A stretch of DNA of 63,856 nt, filler included, from Reticulomyxa filosa (taxonomy: Eukaryota; Protista; Foraminifera), in the NCBI GenBank assembly GCA_000512085.1. It is 20 parts of 20 records of this genome, joined end to end, with 100 filler letters (N's around TTAATTAATTAA, not from the genome) between each part and the next. Parts side by side here need not be neighbours in the genome. Positions count along the whole stretch, not along the records: positions 1 to 18,565 come from ASPP01007098.1; positions 18,666 to 19,784 come from ASPP01041912.1; positions 19,885 to 21,938 come from ASPP01028577.1; positions 22,039 to 24,228 come from ASPP01024551.1; positions 24,329 to 25,824 come from ASPP01007727.1; 15 more parts are not named here. One strand, 5' to 3'. Below are positions 13,917-25,806 of this stretch, piece by piece; position 1 is the first letter of the stretch, and every line of letters starts with the position of its first letter. The translations under genes and the position numbers were made by a program. Under the pieces are notes generated by a model, which saw nothing but the letters and a program-made list of their open reading frames with translations, was not told where the DNA came from and searched no databases.

Positions 13917-15227
13917 ATGACAAGTGAAGAGAATGCAGTGTCGACCTCAAGCGACAACAATGCTCAGGAGCAAGCCTCAGAAGAAACCGAGATCGCAAAA
14001 CCGGTGACAAAAGACAAGCAGAGTTTAGTGTCTTCGTCGTATGATCGAGTGGCGACAACCAAGTATTTTGGTGATGCACCAAGTCGGCCTTTGCCAACAC
14101 GTCCACTGCCAAAGGCGAGAAAACTCGAAAGCGATGAAAAAGAAAACAAAGAGGAAGATAGTGGAACAAGGAACGAAGTGAATGAAAACAGCTCTTCGAC
14201 ACGTAGTGAAATAGTCTTGGCGCATAATCGGTACGACCTAACGGAGGACAGCGAAGACATAACTGGAAAAACGACAATAATTCGCACAACGACAGTAAAG
14301 GCAACACCAGAAAGCGACACGCAGTTGGCAAACATTACAACGGTGACAACCTCCGTAACACCGATAGACAACTACGAAGAGGAAATTGAGTTTGTGTTTG
14401 AATACAAGCCAAAGGCAACCATACAAGCGCCAACATCGTTTCCAAAGCCATCATTATCGTGGAAAGAGAACGCACAGACATTGGAAGTCAAAGAGGAGGT
14501 GGTGGCTGTGGAACATCAAATCCCTAGGCAATCCTCCGAGACTTCGCAACATAGTCAAAGTGCAGAGGAGGATCATGACCCTGTCCAATCTGACGATAAT
14601 CACGATGCTGATCTAAATCACTCCTCATCAGCACCATCGTCGGATAATCGTACTAATCCTTCTCGCGAAGATAAGGCATCCGCAACCGCGACATCAACAG
14701 AGCAGAAAAATAAAAAAGCTGCTACTCCTCAACCAACAAGTGGAACCAAAGCCAGTGCAAAAAATGCCAATAATCAAAACACAAAGAAACCAAACTCGAC
14801 TGCCGCAAATACCTCCAAGAGCGGTGCAAGTGGTGCCAGCGCAAATGCGAAAGCAAATACCAAAAGTACTGCTAATGCGAATGCTAAAAATACTTCGACC
14901 ACTTCCAATGCGAAATCAAAGACACCTACTGCGTCGAGTACGAATGCAAAGGCAAAAAGTAATGCAAAGACTAACACAAAAAGTAAATCTCCGGCTGCCA
15001 CTTCTACCAGCCGTCCTGGTAATAAACAAACTGCAAACAACGACTCGCAAAAAACAAAGGGCAAAACCAACGCAGGCGGCACCAATGTCAGCGCCAACAA
15101 GAAAAATGCTCCTGCTAAAACCACGTCACGTAGTCCTCATTCTGCAAAAAGTCCAGCATCACCAATCAAGGAATCAAACACGACAAGCGCTACTCAAGAA
15201 AATATTGAAGAAGAAAAAAGTAAATAG
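13917..15227 (+). CDS. Low-complexity S/T/N/A/K-rich hypothetical protein (single exon)
   Basis: 436-aa intact ORF with acidic N-half and basic Ala/Asn/Lys/Thr-rich C-half. No recognisable domain. Confidence 0.6.
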   Translation: MTSEENAVSTSSDNNAQEQASEETEIAKPVTKDKQSLVSSSYDRVATTKYFGDAPSRPLPTRPLPKARKLESDEKENKEEDSGTRNEVNENSSSTRSEIVLAHNRYDLTEDSEDITGKTTIIRTTTVKATPESDTQLANITTVTTSVTPIDNYEEEIEFVFEYKPKATIQAPTSFPKPSLSWKENAQTLEVKEEVVAVEHQIPRQSSETSQHSQSAEEDHDPVQSDDNHDADLNHSSSAPSSDNRTNPSREDKASATATSTEQKNKKAATPQPTSGTKASAKNANNQNTKKPNSTAANTSKSGASGASANAKANTKSTANANAKNTSTTSNAKSKTPTASSTNAKAKSNAKTNTKSKSPAATSTSRPGNKQTANNDSQKTKGKTNAGGTNVSANKKNAPAKTTSRSPHSAKSPASPIKESNTTSATQENIEEEKSK

Positions 15228-15739
15228 TTTTTCAAGCATTTTTAATTTGTTGTTTTTTATATATGTTATTGAGTCCATCCTAACGTTGAATATTGATATG
15301 AAGTTGGTAATGGTTTACGTTAGTACCACTTATCAAATCTGTAATATATATTTTTTTAAATGTGAGCAAATAATAAAATTTTAAGCCAAAAAGCATACAG
15401 ATCAGCAGAGAATCAAGAAAACAGACTAGTTTTGTAAGAAAATCAGTCATAGTTTTGGGACTGTAATTAAAAGATGTACTTACACTTGTGTTGACATATT
15501 CGATAAATTTGCGTCAACTTTTTTTCAATGATTGGAGTTTTGCGAAGTTGTAAAAATAATTTAAAAGAAGTTTAATTATGGATTTCAATAAGAACATTTC
15601 AAAAGATTGATATGAAATTATAACAAAATGTAATGTGTTTAAAAACGTACACGTTAAGAATACACCAGATAAACGAAAAATCAAATATTAGCATATATGA
15701 TAAGACTTGTTTTTAAAAATTTAATTCAAGTTTACCAAC

Positions 15740-16200
15740 GTGTTATATATCCTTTGGCTTTTTTAACTGACTATATTCTCTTTGCATAGACTTTATTAAG
15801 GTTTCACAAATGTTTGTTTATATTTTTTCCAATTCTGTTTCGAATTGGTTCCAAAGTTCTTCTGTAGTATTAAATGATCCTTTTTGTGAATACTTGTCTT
15901 TACTATCAACCAAAGATTTTCAATTGGATTTAAATAAGGTGAATTTGGAGTAAAATTCATTGTTTTTATTTTTTGTTTTAACTATTTAATAATTTTTTCA
16001 GATTTATGGTATGTTGCATTATCTTGCCGGAAAATCCAATACCCTTTATTTTCTAAGAAGCAATTGACGATCTTTAGCATTTCATCAGATAAAATTTCTT
16101 TATATATCAGTATTTAATGCTCTAAAACATGGCCAGACTAAAATGCTTCCACAACTAAATTTTGCTCTTCTTGTTATGGAATTGTCATCTAATGGTTATC
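15740..16200 (-). mobile_element. Degenerate Tc1/mariner (DD34E-type) transposase pseudogene
   Basis: Manual translation: 'RRAKFSCGSILVWPCF', 'YKEILSDEML', 'WIFRQDNATYHKS', 'FTPNSPYLNPIENLW', 'TTEELW'. Contains in-frame stops and frameshifts. Not in the ORF track. Confidence 0.8.
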
Positions 16201-18565
16201 ATCAATATTTCGGCAAAAAATAATAAAGATGACAATGTCAATATCGAAAACATAAAAAAAAAGGAAAATCTCAAAAATTATTCAAACAAAGATTGTCAAA
16301 TTTCATGACTACGAGAAAAACATGATTGTCAACTTTTTTAAAGAAATTTAAAATTTTTGAAAAAATTGTAAAAAAGACTTAATAAAAAACCAGAATAATA
16401 TTTAAAAACTACGCGATTCGTAGATATTTTTTTAAATATTTTTTTTCATGGAGAAACATAATCTCTATAAGGTGGTATTTTAGGTATCAACTTTCTTTTT
16501 TATCCTACTGTACAAAGCAATCAAAAATTAACTAAAATTCTGCAACTAAAAAGAAATGTTGAAAAAAGAAACAGAAAAAGAATTAAAAACAGTCAGAAAT
16601 TAAGAAGGAAACAAAATGAATAAATACATTAAATGCTGAAATATGGTAACTTCAATTGACTTATGAAATTATTTGCAATAATACACCACAAAATAAACAA
16701 ATAAATTTAAATTAAATGATCTAATTTGAAGAATCATGTAAGACTAAAATACATTGATTATATATACGAGTGAAATGCAATATTGCTTTCTAAATTTGAT
16801 GTTTAATTATTAAGCAACGCTTGAATGATTGAAATTTTGTTACAGTTAATTAAACAAAGTGTTCATACTAACATTTACAAAGCAAACTGTTGTATGATTT
16901 TTTTAGAAGAAATTTAGGTTTTATACTAGTTAATCACAAGAACATAATAATAAAAGAAAATAAAAAGTAAAATGAAAAGATCACAAAAAACTTGTAGAAA
17001 CTAACATCCAATCGACAAACAAGAGAAAAACATAATTTCAAATTTATTTTAATTTCGAAATATTAAAAAAACAAATTGAATATCAAATGTTACAATGTAA
17101 GACTCTTTGAACAAATCAAATGAACTAAAACAAAAAAATAAATTTGACACTGTAATATAAAAATTTGTCAGAAAAAATTTTACTAACTAAAAAAAACTTA
17201 TTCTTTGGGTCTTTGTCTTTAGCTGCTTTCGACACGAAGACTAAAATAAAACAAACTGCTAAAAAAGAATTTTTTTACTAGTAAATTTTTTTATAGTATA
17301 TAAAATTATCTTATAGTAGTTGAAAATCTCAGATATCGTGAACTGTCAGATATCTTTCAACTACTAAACGGGCCAAAAGAGGTACAGGAAACAGTAAGCT
17401 GAACAGAATATCAGGAACAAGCAAAAATAGCAAAAAAATGTAGATTTCAAATCTTTTTTGATGATTATAAGTTTAAATTTTTGTTTGTTTTGTTTTTTTT
17501 GATTTTTGAAAGAAGTATATTAAATATCAATATTTTATGAGACGTCAACACTTCGAAAACAATGCTAAAACGTGAATTGGCATTCCAGCAATTAAATACT
17601 TATTACAATCAATTAACCCGACACTAATACAGATGGGGGTCGGTAATCGATAAAGAGATGAAATTAACATTGCGAATACCAATATGCAAGCAGTATATTA
17701 GTATTCCAGAATAACATCAACAGATTTTATTCCAAAGCCCAAATATAGAACAAAACTTGCATCAGAAGCATACTCACATCTGCTTATTGCAAGAAAGATT
17801 CAGATCAAAAAAGAAGGACATCGATTATAAATTCCAGTATCTTTATGTTCATCACTGGAGTGAGACAGGAAGTCGAAGATATTTGCATTCATTACCTGAT
17901 ATGAAAATCACTGAATATATTGTCATTGGAATGCACATCATCCTGCATGGTTGGATTTTTTTTTAGCAAGAATGATCGTATCCAAGTTAAAATGAGCACC
18001 TCGTCCCAAAAGGAACACAGTACTTAATGAAAACAAACAAAAAAAAGGAAAAGATCAGCAAAACATATCAAAAACTCACACACAATCAACAACAACAAGT
18101 GAAAAAAAATAAATTTTAATTTTGAGATTTATTTGTTTTTTTTTATATTTTAAAGATTAAGTTAAAAGGTTGTCGGTGAGAGCAATCAACGGCTATGAAA
18201 ACAAATTTGGCTCTTCCCTGTGGAATGGTCAGAGTGAATTACATAGACTTGTTTTTGAAATGTTGAAGTTTCAGGGAAATATTGAGAGTCAATTCACATC
18301 TTTTAACAAAATTAAAGCAAACTAAAACAAAAAAATAAAATTTAAACACTTATTATTAAAGAAAATTATGTGAATATTGATGTTGCCATTTCGGCTTATT
18401 TAATAGAAAAGTTGATAAATTTTGTTCTTATTTTGTTCATTTTAGGTGTTTGTTATCTTGTATATCTGATCTCGCGCAAAATCGCAAAATCGCAATATCA
18501 GATATATGATTAATAAAAAATATTACAGATACTGCTAAATGTTGCAGCATCTAGTAAAAAAAAAA

Positions 18566-18665
18566 NNNNNNNNNNNNNNNNNNNNNNNNNNNNNNNNNNN
18601 NNNNNNNNNTTAATTAATTAANNNNNNNNNNNNNNNNNNNNNNNNNNNNNNNNNNNNNNNNNNNN
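18566..18665. other. Artificial contig linker (N44-TTAATTAATTAA-N44), first of 19
   Basis: Identical 100-bp spacers with all-frame stops also start at 19785, 21939, 24229, 25825, 27176, 28885, 30536, 33469, 35609, 36762, 38547, 40209, 42307, 46463, 47700, 51236, 52509 and 57382. Confidence 0.98.
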
Positions 18666-19022
18666 TATTTGCGTCACTCAACTGTCTAAAGAGTTTATTG
18701 AAAAAAAAATAAAATACGAAAGTTCCACCACAGAAAAAATTTGACAAATTTTTGTTTATACGTAAATTTTTTTTTTAATTTTGAAACGCTATAAACATAA
18801 CAATATTGTTTAAAAAAATAAAATAAAATAAAGTATTACATGCGCACGAGTGTACATGCAGAGTGCACCAGATACGTAACGAGTAAGTGGAGGGAGGGAA
18901 GAAAAAAAAAAGTAATGTATTGAAAAGTGTTGAACGAAAGAAGCACAAAATACGTAAGATTTCGTCGGCGATGACATAACCATCATAATAAGAGCAAGTT
19001 TCCAGCGATACAAAGTTTTCTT

Positions 19023-19784
19023 TTAATAAACACGAACAATATCATCAACACAGGCATTCATTCCATCTCCAAACATTGTGTGCAACCATATCAACATTTT
19101 AAGCGGATCAAAAGCGGATTTTTGCGTTGCATTTACAGCGGCATATACGTCATCGTTAAATCGACGTTGGGACTTTAGTATATTGAATTCGTAGCATTTG
19201 GAGGCAACATATTTGTCGTCGTAAAAACGAGTCAAATTGCAAACAATGACGCGATCGAGATTGACTAATTGAGCAATGTTAATGTTGCCCAAGTAAATCG
19301 GAACCAACAATCCTGTGTAAATCTTTTCGCTAGTGTATCCATACGTAATCGTATTTTCAAAGTTGATCGAAAACTGAAAGTCGCGAAACAAAGCGGAACA
19401 AGTGGTGGCTCGTCTTCGGACCATAATTTGTATAGTTCGGATTGCGCAAGTTGCACAACAGCGACGGATCTGTGCGCTGCTCCCATAAAGTGGATTGATA
19501 CCCACCGATATATGTACACTGCGGCAAATGCGGGTACCTCTGCGACAGTACGTACACCAACAAATGTTGGAACAATGAGTCCATATAATAGCGCGGCGAA
19601 TAAAACGTTTTCGTCGATATCGCACAAAAGTAATTTTTTTCATTATTATTATTATTATTATTGTTATTATTGTTAGAAATGATCAAATTGCTATAATTTA
19701 TTACTTGATTGTATAACTCCTTTTGCAACAGCTTAAAGCAGTAGGACATGTCCCTTTGGAATATCCCTTGAATCCACAGCACAC
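19023..19784 (-). pseudogene. Hypothetical protein fragment, frameshifted
   Basis: Protein-like frames 'DENVLFAALLYGLIVP...ELYKLWSEDEPPLVPL' and 'FRDFQFSINFENTITYGY...WLHTMFGDG' overlap with a frame change near 19390. (TAT)n intron-like repeat at ~19640. Confidence 0.4.
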
Positions 19785-19884
19785 NNNNNNNNNNNNNNNN
19801 NNNNNNNNNNNNNNNNNNNNNNNNNNNNTTAATTAATTAANNNNNNNNNNNNNNNNNNNNNNNNNNNNNNNNNNNNNNNNNNNN

Positions 19885-21409
19885 AATGGTATCACTTTCT
19901 CATTCGTTTTTCCTGCTTTTGCATTCTCATTTTTTAAAAGCTGTACGCTGTTACCGCAAACGGGAGCCGTTCATGTTACCCACAGCTTTACGGCGATCGA
20001 CGGACCATCGAAGGAATTTATAGATGACACGAATAAAGATAGACGCAAAAAGAATATAACTAGCGAACTACCTAGCCAAGATAGATCTAGACGTCGTCCA
20101 AAGAAAAGGACTGGCAGTAGTAAAAGTTTCGTTAAAAGTTGGGAGAAAATATTTTCTATTTTGGAACAAGTATTTAAGCGGGGAGATGATGTTGGTAAGA
20201 ATGGACTAAGAAATGACTGGTCGCCTGACCCTAAAACTCCGCCATTGCTTTTACTTTGTTCGAACTTTGACAATGACAGAATCACTATTTCTACTTTAGA
20301 AGGGAAAGAAGTACTGTTCCCTATGCATAACCAAGCAGCGGAAGTAGCACAGGATATCCAATTGTGTATACATATACTCGACAACAAAATACTGCCCGAT
20401 TTAAAGAAAGCGATGAGCAATCAGACTGACAATGTAAAATTACTCACAGACAATGTAAAATTACTCACAGAAGCAAAAGAAATGCTTGTTGACACCATTA
20501 AGGAGTGGGCCGTTCGAATTGCAACTGTATGCAACAATTGAAGCGAGCGGATAAGTTGAACGCTACCGAAACTCTGGTCGATCAGCGTAACATAGTAAAC
20601 CTTATACTGGCAAATTTAAACCGCGATACGACATCTGGTACAAAAAGTGTATTTGGAGGTGTTGGATCTAAAATCCTAAAACCTCTCGATGAATATACTG
20701 TACTTGTAGAGCATCATGACCAGACAGGCGTACTAAATCAAGCTGTAAATGCCGCATTGGGTGGCAAACCTGTAAATAATATCAAAATTGCTACTTGGTC
20801 GGAAATAATAGACATTTTAAGAAAATAGATCCAAATGTAATAGGTGTATCTAAAAATCTAGAAAAGTCTATAATTAAAACTGAAGGAAAGATTTGGTTTG
20901 CGTCGATGTTGGGCACAGAGGATAGCAACGACATGGACGACGCCATCTTTGACAGTGCATATAATCTCATTACTACTGAGCAGATTTTGAAAGTAAGAAT
21001 CAAGTCCCTTGGCTTAGCTCACCAAGCCCAAGTCTTAGGGAAAGTATATTTCATTAACCAAGAGGCAAATAATATCAAACAGCTTATAAATATTAGCAAG
21101 ACAAATAATATTTGTTATCAATTATTGCCTATTAATCTTCATGGACATTGTGTTGGTGTCATTATCTGTGGTAACCAGGTGCATTACATTGATCCAGAAA
21201 ACAATCCTATACCAGATCAATTAAAACAGATCTTTCAACAAACTGGCCTTAAAGCTCAACAAATCATATCTGAACGACAACGATATGCAGGTAACTGTGC
21301 TCCTGTCTGGATTGAAACTTGCGTTATGTACTTAGGAGCAGATTCATTCTCTCAAACTGAAGCTGTTGCCTATCATACAGAGCTACTTGGCTTGTCTCTT
21401 AAAACATAA
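19885..21409 (+). CDS. Rickettsiales-type protein with C-terminal CE-clan (Ulp1/C48-like) cysteine protease domain, two frameshifts, 5'-truncated
   Basis: Intronless. Frame is open from the contig start. ORFs 20161-20541, 20505-20828 and 20795-21409 join with one-base homopolymer corrections. Motif order 'LLPINLHGHCVGVII' (His), 'HYIDPE' (Asp), 'QRYAGNCAP' (Gln/Cys). 21-bp tandem repeat encoding TDNVKLL at ~20428-20470. Confidence 0.65.
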
Positions 21410-22842
21410 GAACTAAAGTAGTATTTATTTGTTCTCAAAGCAAATTTTAAAAAGTTTGATTTCTTCCTTTGTTGGATTGAATTTTTTTCATTGCTTATAT
21501 AAAGGAGACTTTTAAGGTGACATGATTGAGGAAAAAAACCACAAATGTTGAGTTTTTTTTTTGTGTTGATACGTATATATTTTTTTTATGTGCCCTTGGT
21601 ACTATTCCCTTTGTTTTTCTTTGGCTTGTTATTGGCTGAGGATTTGTTATTTATCATAAAATCTGTAGTACGTGTAGTACGAAACCTTAGCCACTCACTT
21701 CACAGTTTTTTGTCTTACTTTTTTGGTTGGTTATTCTCTGCAATTTTTTTTTTTCATTTAACTAATTTCGTTTTTGTTGGAAGTTGCTTAAATCTTTCGT
21801 ATTCCATTTTGTGCAGTTTCAGCAGATATTCCACAACATCATCATTTTTTTCTTGAAAAGTTCCTACAATTAGAGACAATCAATCATTTGAATACTCTTT
21901 TCGACAGAATTTCATTTTTTGAAATTTTTGCCATTTTTNNNNNNNNNNNNNNNNNNNNNNNNNNNNNNNNNNNNNNNNNNNNTTAATTAATTAANNNNNN
22001 NNNNNNNNNNNNNNNNNNNNNNNNNNNNNNNNNNNNNNATAAGTTATTGCGAATGAATAAAAAATTATGAACTATCAACTGATTAAAACCAACAAACAAC
22101 AGTAATAAACAAGCAATTAAAATTAAATACATGTGCGAAAAAAATAAAAAAATTTTAATACATATGTCACATTGTGATGCATGAACTAAAAGTTTTTTAC
22201 TTTTTTATTTTTATCATTTTTTTTTATTTTATATTTTTTTCGCAAATGTATTTAATAAAAATGAAAAACAAAAATTGTAATAGACTCATGACTATATAAT
22301 TTTTTTACGCAAAAAAAGTATGTGTAATATGCAGTTTTCAATGGATAATCTAATTGTGAAATCGGTAATCAATAACTCCAATGTATATTCAATAAAAATG
22401 AAAAATAAAAATTGTAATGGACGCATGATTATATCACGACGGAGACCTTTTATTTTTTTAAAGAGGATAAACAAAGTTTATATTGATCACTAAAATATGA
22501 AATTGAAATAATTTTTGAGTAAAGAAAAAAGTAGTTGGTTAAAAAACAATTTGGCATCTTTTTTTTTTTGCCTTCAACTAGAGACCTGTTCTAGTTAATG
22601 TTAGGCGTTTTTAAGAATTGGTCTTTTAATATTACTTTGTTTCAGATAAAGCAAAAAAGTATTAAATTTTGTTTTTTGATTTTTTAAAAAATATAGATCA
22701 GCTTGTCAAATCAATTTTTATTAAAAGAAAGGAGAATCGAATCAACAATAACAGTCGGTAAGGACATTCTTAAAACAAATAACTGTGTACTTTTTGATTT
22801 TAAGCAAGTCCTTATTTACTACAGTGTCATCGTCGTCATTTT

Positions 22843-24228
22843 TTAAAATAATAAAGCGAGACTCTCTTGTTCCAAAGTGATACTATCAACCGAATATTTA
22901 TGTCGATGGACGTTAAACACATGGAAGATTACTTTCTGTTGCGTCGACGAGTTCTTGTCCGACATCTTATGTTTGGTCAAATTTAAATACTCAGTTTTCA
23001 AGATGGGATCTCCACCAAAACACAAAACATGCTTGGAGTTTGTGCATGTCATTCCAAAAGTGCCATTCCTGGCAATTGGTGAGCACACACCAAATTTTGA
23101 CATTATCTCTCCTCGACTCGCGTGGATTGCTGACGAAGGTAATGGTCATCGTTTTTAAAAAACGCAAACAACTGTATACTGCGGACTTGTGACGGGAAGT
23201 ACGTGCACATGCGCGTGTATAAGATGGGCAGCAGCGCGGTAAACGATCGATTTGCAAACGCATCGCCGTCAAATGCAAAAAACACTGAAAACGTCTTCAG
23301 CTTTTCATTTGCATTTTGTCGCTCAGATATTTCATCTTTTACGATTTTGTTGACAATTTTCAACACCGTTGTGACATGCTCTTCGATGACTTTTTCTTCA
23401 TAGTGAATGCCATGGGCAAATACTTTCACATGGATTGTTATTGCGTCTTCGGCATTAAACAAAGTTTCCTAGTATTTCTTTCATGAATTTAATTATCAAT
23501 TATTATTATTATTATTATTATTATCAGTGGCAATAACACATTATAAATAAATAAAATCTAAACTAAATGCACAGATTTTAACCAAATGATTCCCACGTGT
23601 GTGAGTTGGATTCCATTAGAATCAATGTAATGTTCGCATTCTTCCAATTTCACCAAAAATGTCCCCCCGTTTGTCTTGAGGATATCGACATTGGTGATTC
23701 GACCTCTGATGAGTAGCTCCTTTTTGGCGCATTGATTGACAACGGTCAGGTCGTGTTCGTTGTAATAGTGGGTTGATCTGCCATGACATCACGCGTGAGT
23801 TCTTATGCTTGTCATCATCAGTGGGTCGCAGGATCGGACCCTCGATCACAATCTTCTCAGAAGCCTTCATGGTATCCAATGGCCATAAGCGGGGGGGAGG
23901 GAGGGTAGTTCACATATTCCACGTATATGCCTCCCATGCACGCACACAGATCCACGCACTCCTGCAAGTGATCGGCCTTGGCGTGAGGATGTTGGCACAC
24001 CAATGGCGAGTGCAACACGTATCTGCTAATCGCCGTTTGCTCATTGCAGTTGATCTTGTATACGGTTGCAGTGGACTGAAGCGGGAGGATGAACATGTTA
24101 TCGACAACACTGCATTTGGGTGGGCCTTTTAATTTATACAAACGGTATTGCACAAGTGATGATATCCCGGATATCGCCACGCCATAAGGACATAGCGACA
24201 GCAAATACTGCAACAAATCGAATGACAC
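22843..24228 (-). pseudogene. Hypothetical multi-exon gene with several frameshifts
   Basis: Protein-like segments in shifting frames ('SFDLLQYLLSLCPYGVAISG', 'KIVIEGPILRP', 'ELLIRGRITNVDILK', 'FAFDGDAFANRSF', 'HVLCFGGDPIL'). Intron at ~23470-23580. Confidence 0.4.
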
Positions 24229-24328
24229 NNNNNNNNNNNNNNNNNNNNNNNNNNNNNNNNNNNNNNNNNNNNTTAATTAATTAANNNNNNNNNNNNNNNN
24301 NNNNNNNNNNNNNNNNNNNNNNNNNNNN

Positions 24329-25806
24329 TGTCCAGCAGCCAGATGCGCAAGCTGGCCCACATTGCCCGCACGTACGACCGTGGCTACGGCCACTTCACCA
24401 CGCGCCAGAATATCCAGTTCAACTGGCCGGAACTGGGCCGCGTGCCGGACATCCTGGCCGAGCTGGCCGACGTGGAAATGCACGCCATCCAGACCTCCGG
24501 CAACTGCGTGCGCAATACCACCACCGACGCCTTTGCCGGTGTGGCTGCCGACGAGCTGATCGACGGCCGCGCCTATTGCGAGATCATCCGTCAGTGGAGC
24601 ACGCTGCACCCCGAGTTTGCCTACCTGCCACGCAAGTTCAAAATCGCCGTGTCCGGTAGCGCCGACGACCGTGCTGCCACCCAGGTACACGACATCGGCC
24701 TGCACGTGGTACGCAACGACGCCGGCGAAGTCGGCTTCCGCGTGCTCGGTGGGTGGTGGCCTTGGCCGTACCCCGATTGTCGGCAAAGTGGTGCGTGAGT
24801 TCCTGCCGCCGCAGCATCTGCTCACCTACCTGGACGCCGTGCTGCGCGTGTACAACCGCTACGGCCGCCGTGACAACAAGTACAAGGCTCGCATCAAGAT
24901 CCTGGTACAGGCGATGACCGTGGAAGGCTTTGCCGCCAAGGTGGAAGACGAGTGGCTGCATCAGAAAGACGGCCCGTCCACGCTGACAGACGCCGACGTG
25001 GCTTACTACGCCAGCTTCTTTACCGACCCGGACTATGAAACACTGGCGGCCAACCCTGCCGAGTTCACCGACAAACTGGCCGAACCCGCCTTTGCCCGCT
25101 GGGTAGAGCGCAATACCCGCGCTCACAAACGTGCTGGTTACCGCTCGGTGGTGCTGTCGCTGAAGAAAACCGGCGTGCCGCCGGGCGATATCACCGCCGA
25201 CCAGATGGACGTGGTGGCCGACATGGCCGACCGCTTCGGTTTTGGCGAGATCCGTTCTGCGCACGAGCAGAACCTGATTCTGCCGGACGTCAAGGAAAGC
25301 GACCTGTACACCGTGTGGCAACTGGTTCGCGCGAGCACGGCTTTGCCACGCCGAACATCGGCCTGCTGACCGACATCATCTGCTGTCCCGGCGGTGACTT
25401 CTGTGACCTGGCCAACGCACGCTCCATCCCGGTGGCCGAGGCCATCCAACGCAAATTTGACGACCTTGATTACCTGTTCGATCTGGGCGACATCGACTGC
25501 AATTTTTCCGGCTGCATGAATGCCTGTGGTCACCATCACATCGGCAACATCGGCATTCTGGGCGTTGATAAGAACGGCCAGGAGTGGTACCAGATCACCC
25601 TGGGCGGTAGCCAGGGCAACTACACTGCCATCGGCAAGGTGATCGGCCCGTCGTTCGCGCAGGCGGATGTACCCGCTGCGTTTGAAAAGATCATGACCCT
25701 GTACGTCGAGCAACGCCAGGAAGGCGAGCGCTTCATCGAAACCGTACGCCGTATCGGCATCGAGCCGTTCAAGGAGCGCGTGTATGTTGGAACCGAAAGG
25801 GTTTGA
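24329..25806 (+). CDS. cysI: Bacterial siroheme-dependent sulfite/nitrite reductase hemoprotein (CysI/NirA-like), 5'-truncated
   Basis: GC-rich proteobacterial codon usage. 'GYGHFTTRQNIQ', 'TSGNCVRN', 'LPRKFKIA', [4Fe-4S]/siroheme ligands 'CCPGGDFCDLA' and 'SGCMNACGHHH'. Frameshifts at ~24750 and ~25335. Confidence 0.9.

Noticed and set aside
20011-20035. GAATTTATAGATGACACG resembling a Rickettsia palindromic element start
   Set aside because: The match is too short and no palindromic body follows.
20530-20830. Possible programmed frameshifting (e.g. AAA TAG at ~20823; also 3320, 4515, 33170, 51541)
   Set aside because: Each is repaired by one base in a homopolymer, in both directions. Frameshifts also occur in the bacterial contaminant contig. 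This fits pyrosequencing-type error better than recoding.
23600-24228. Higher-GC block suspected of viral or foreign origin
   Set aside because: It continues through a GT-AG intron into the adjacent host-like exon, and no viral hallmark motif is seen.
24277-25713. Long antisense ORFs over the bacterial reductase
   Set aside because: These are shadow ORFs typical of GC-rich codon usage.
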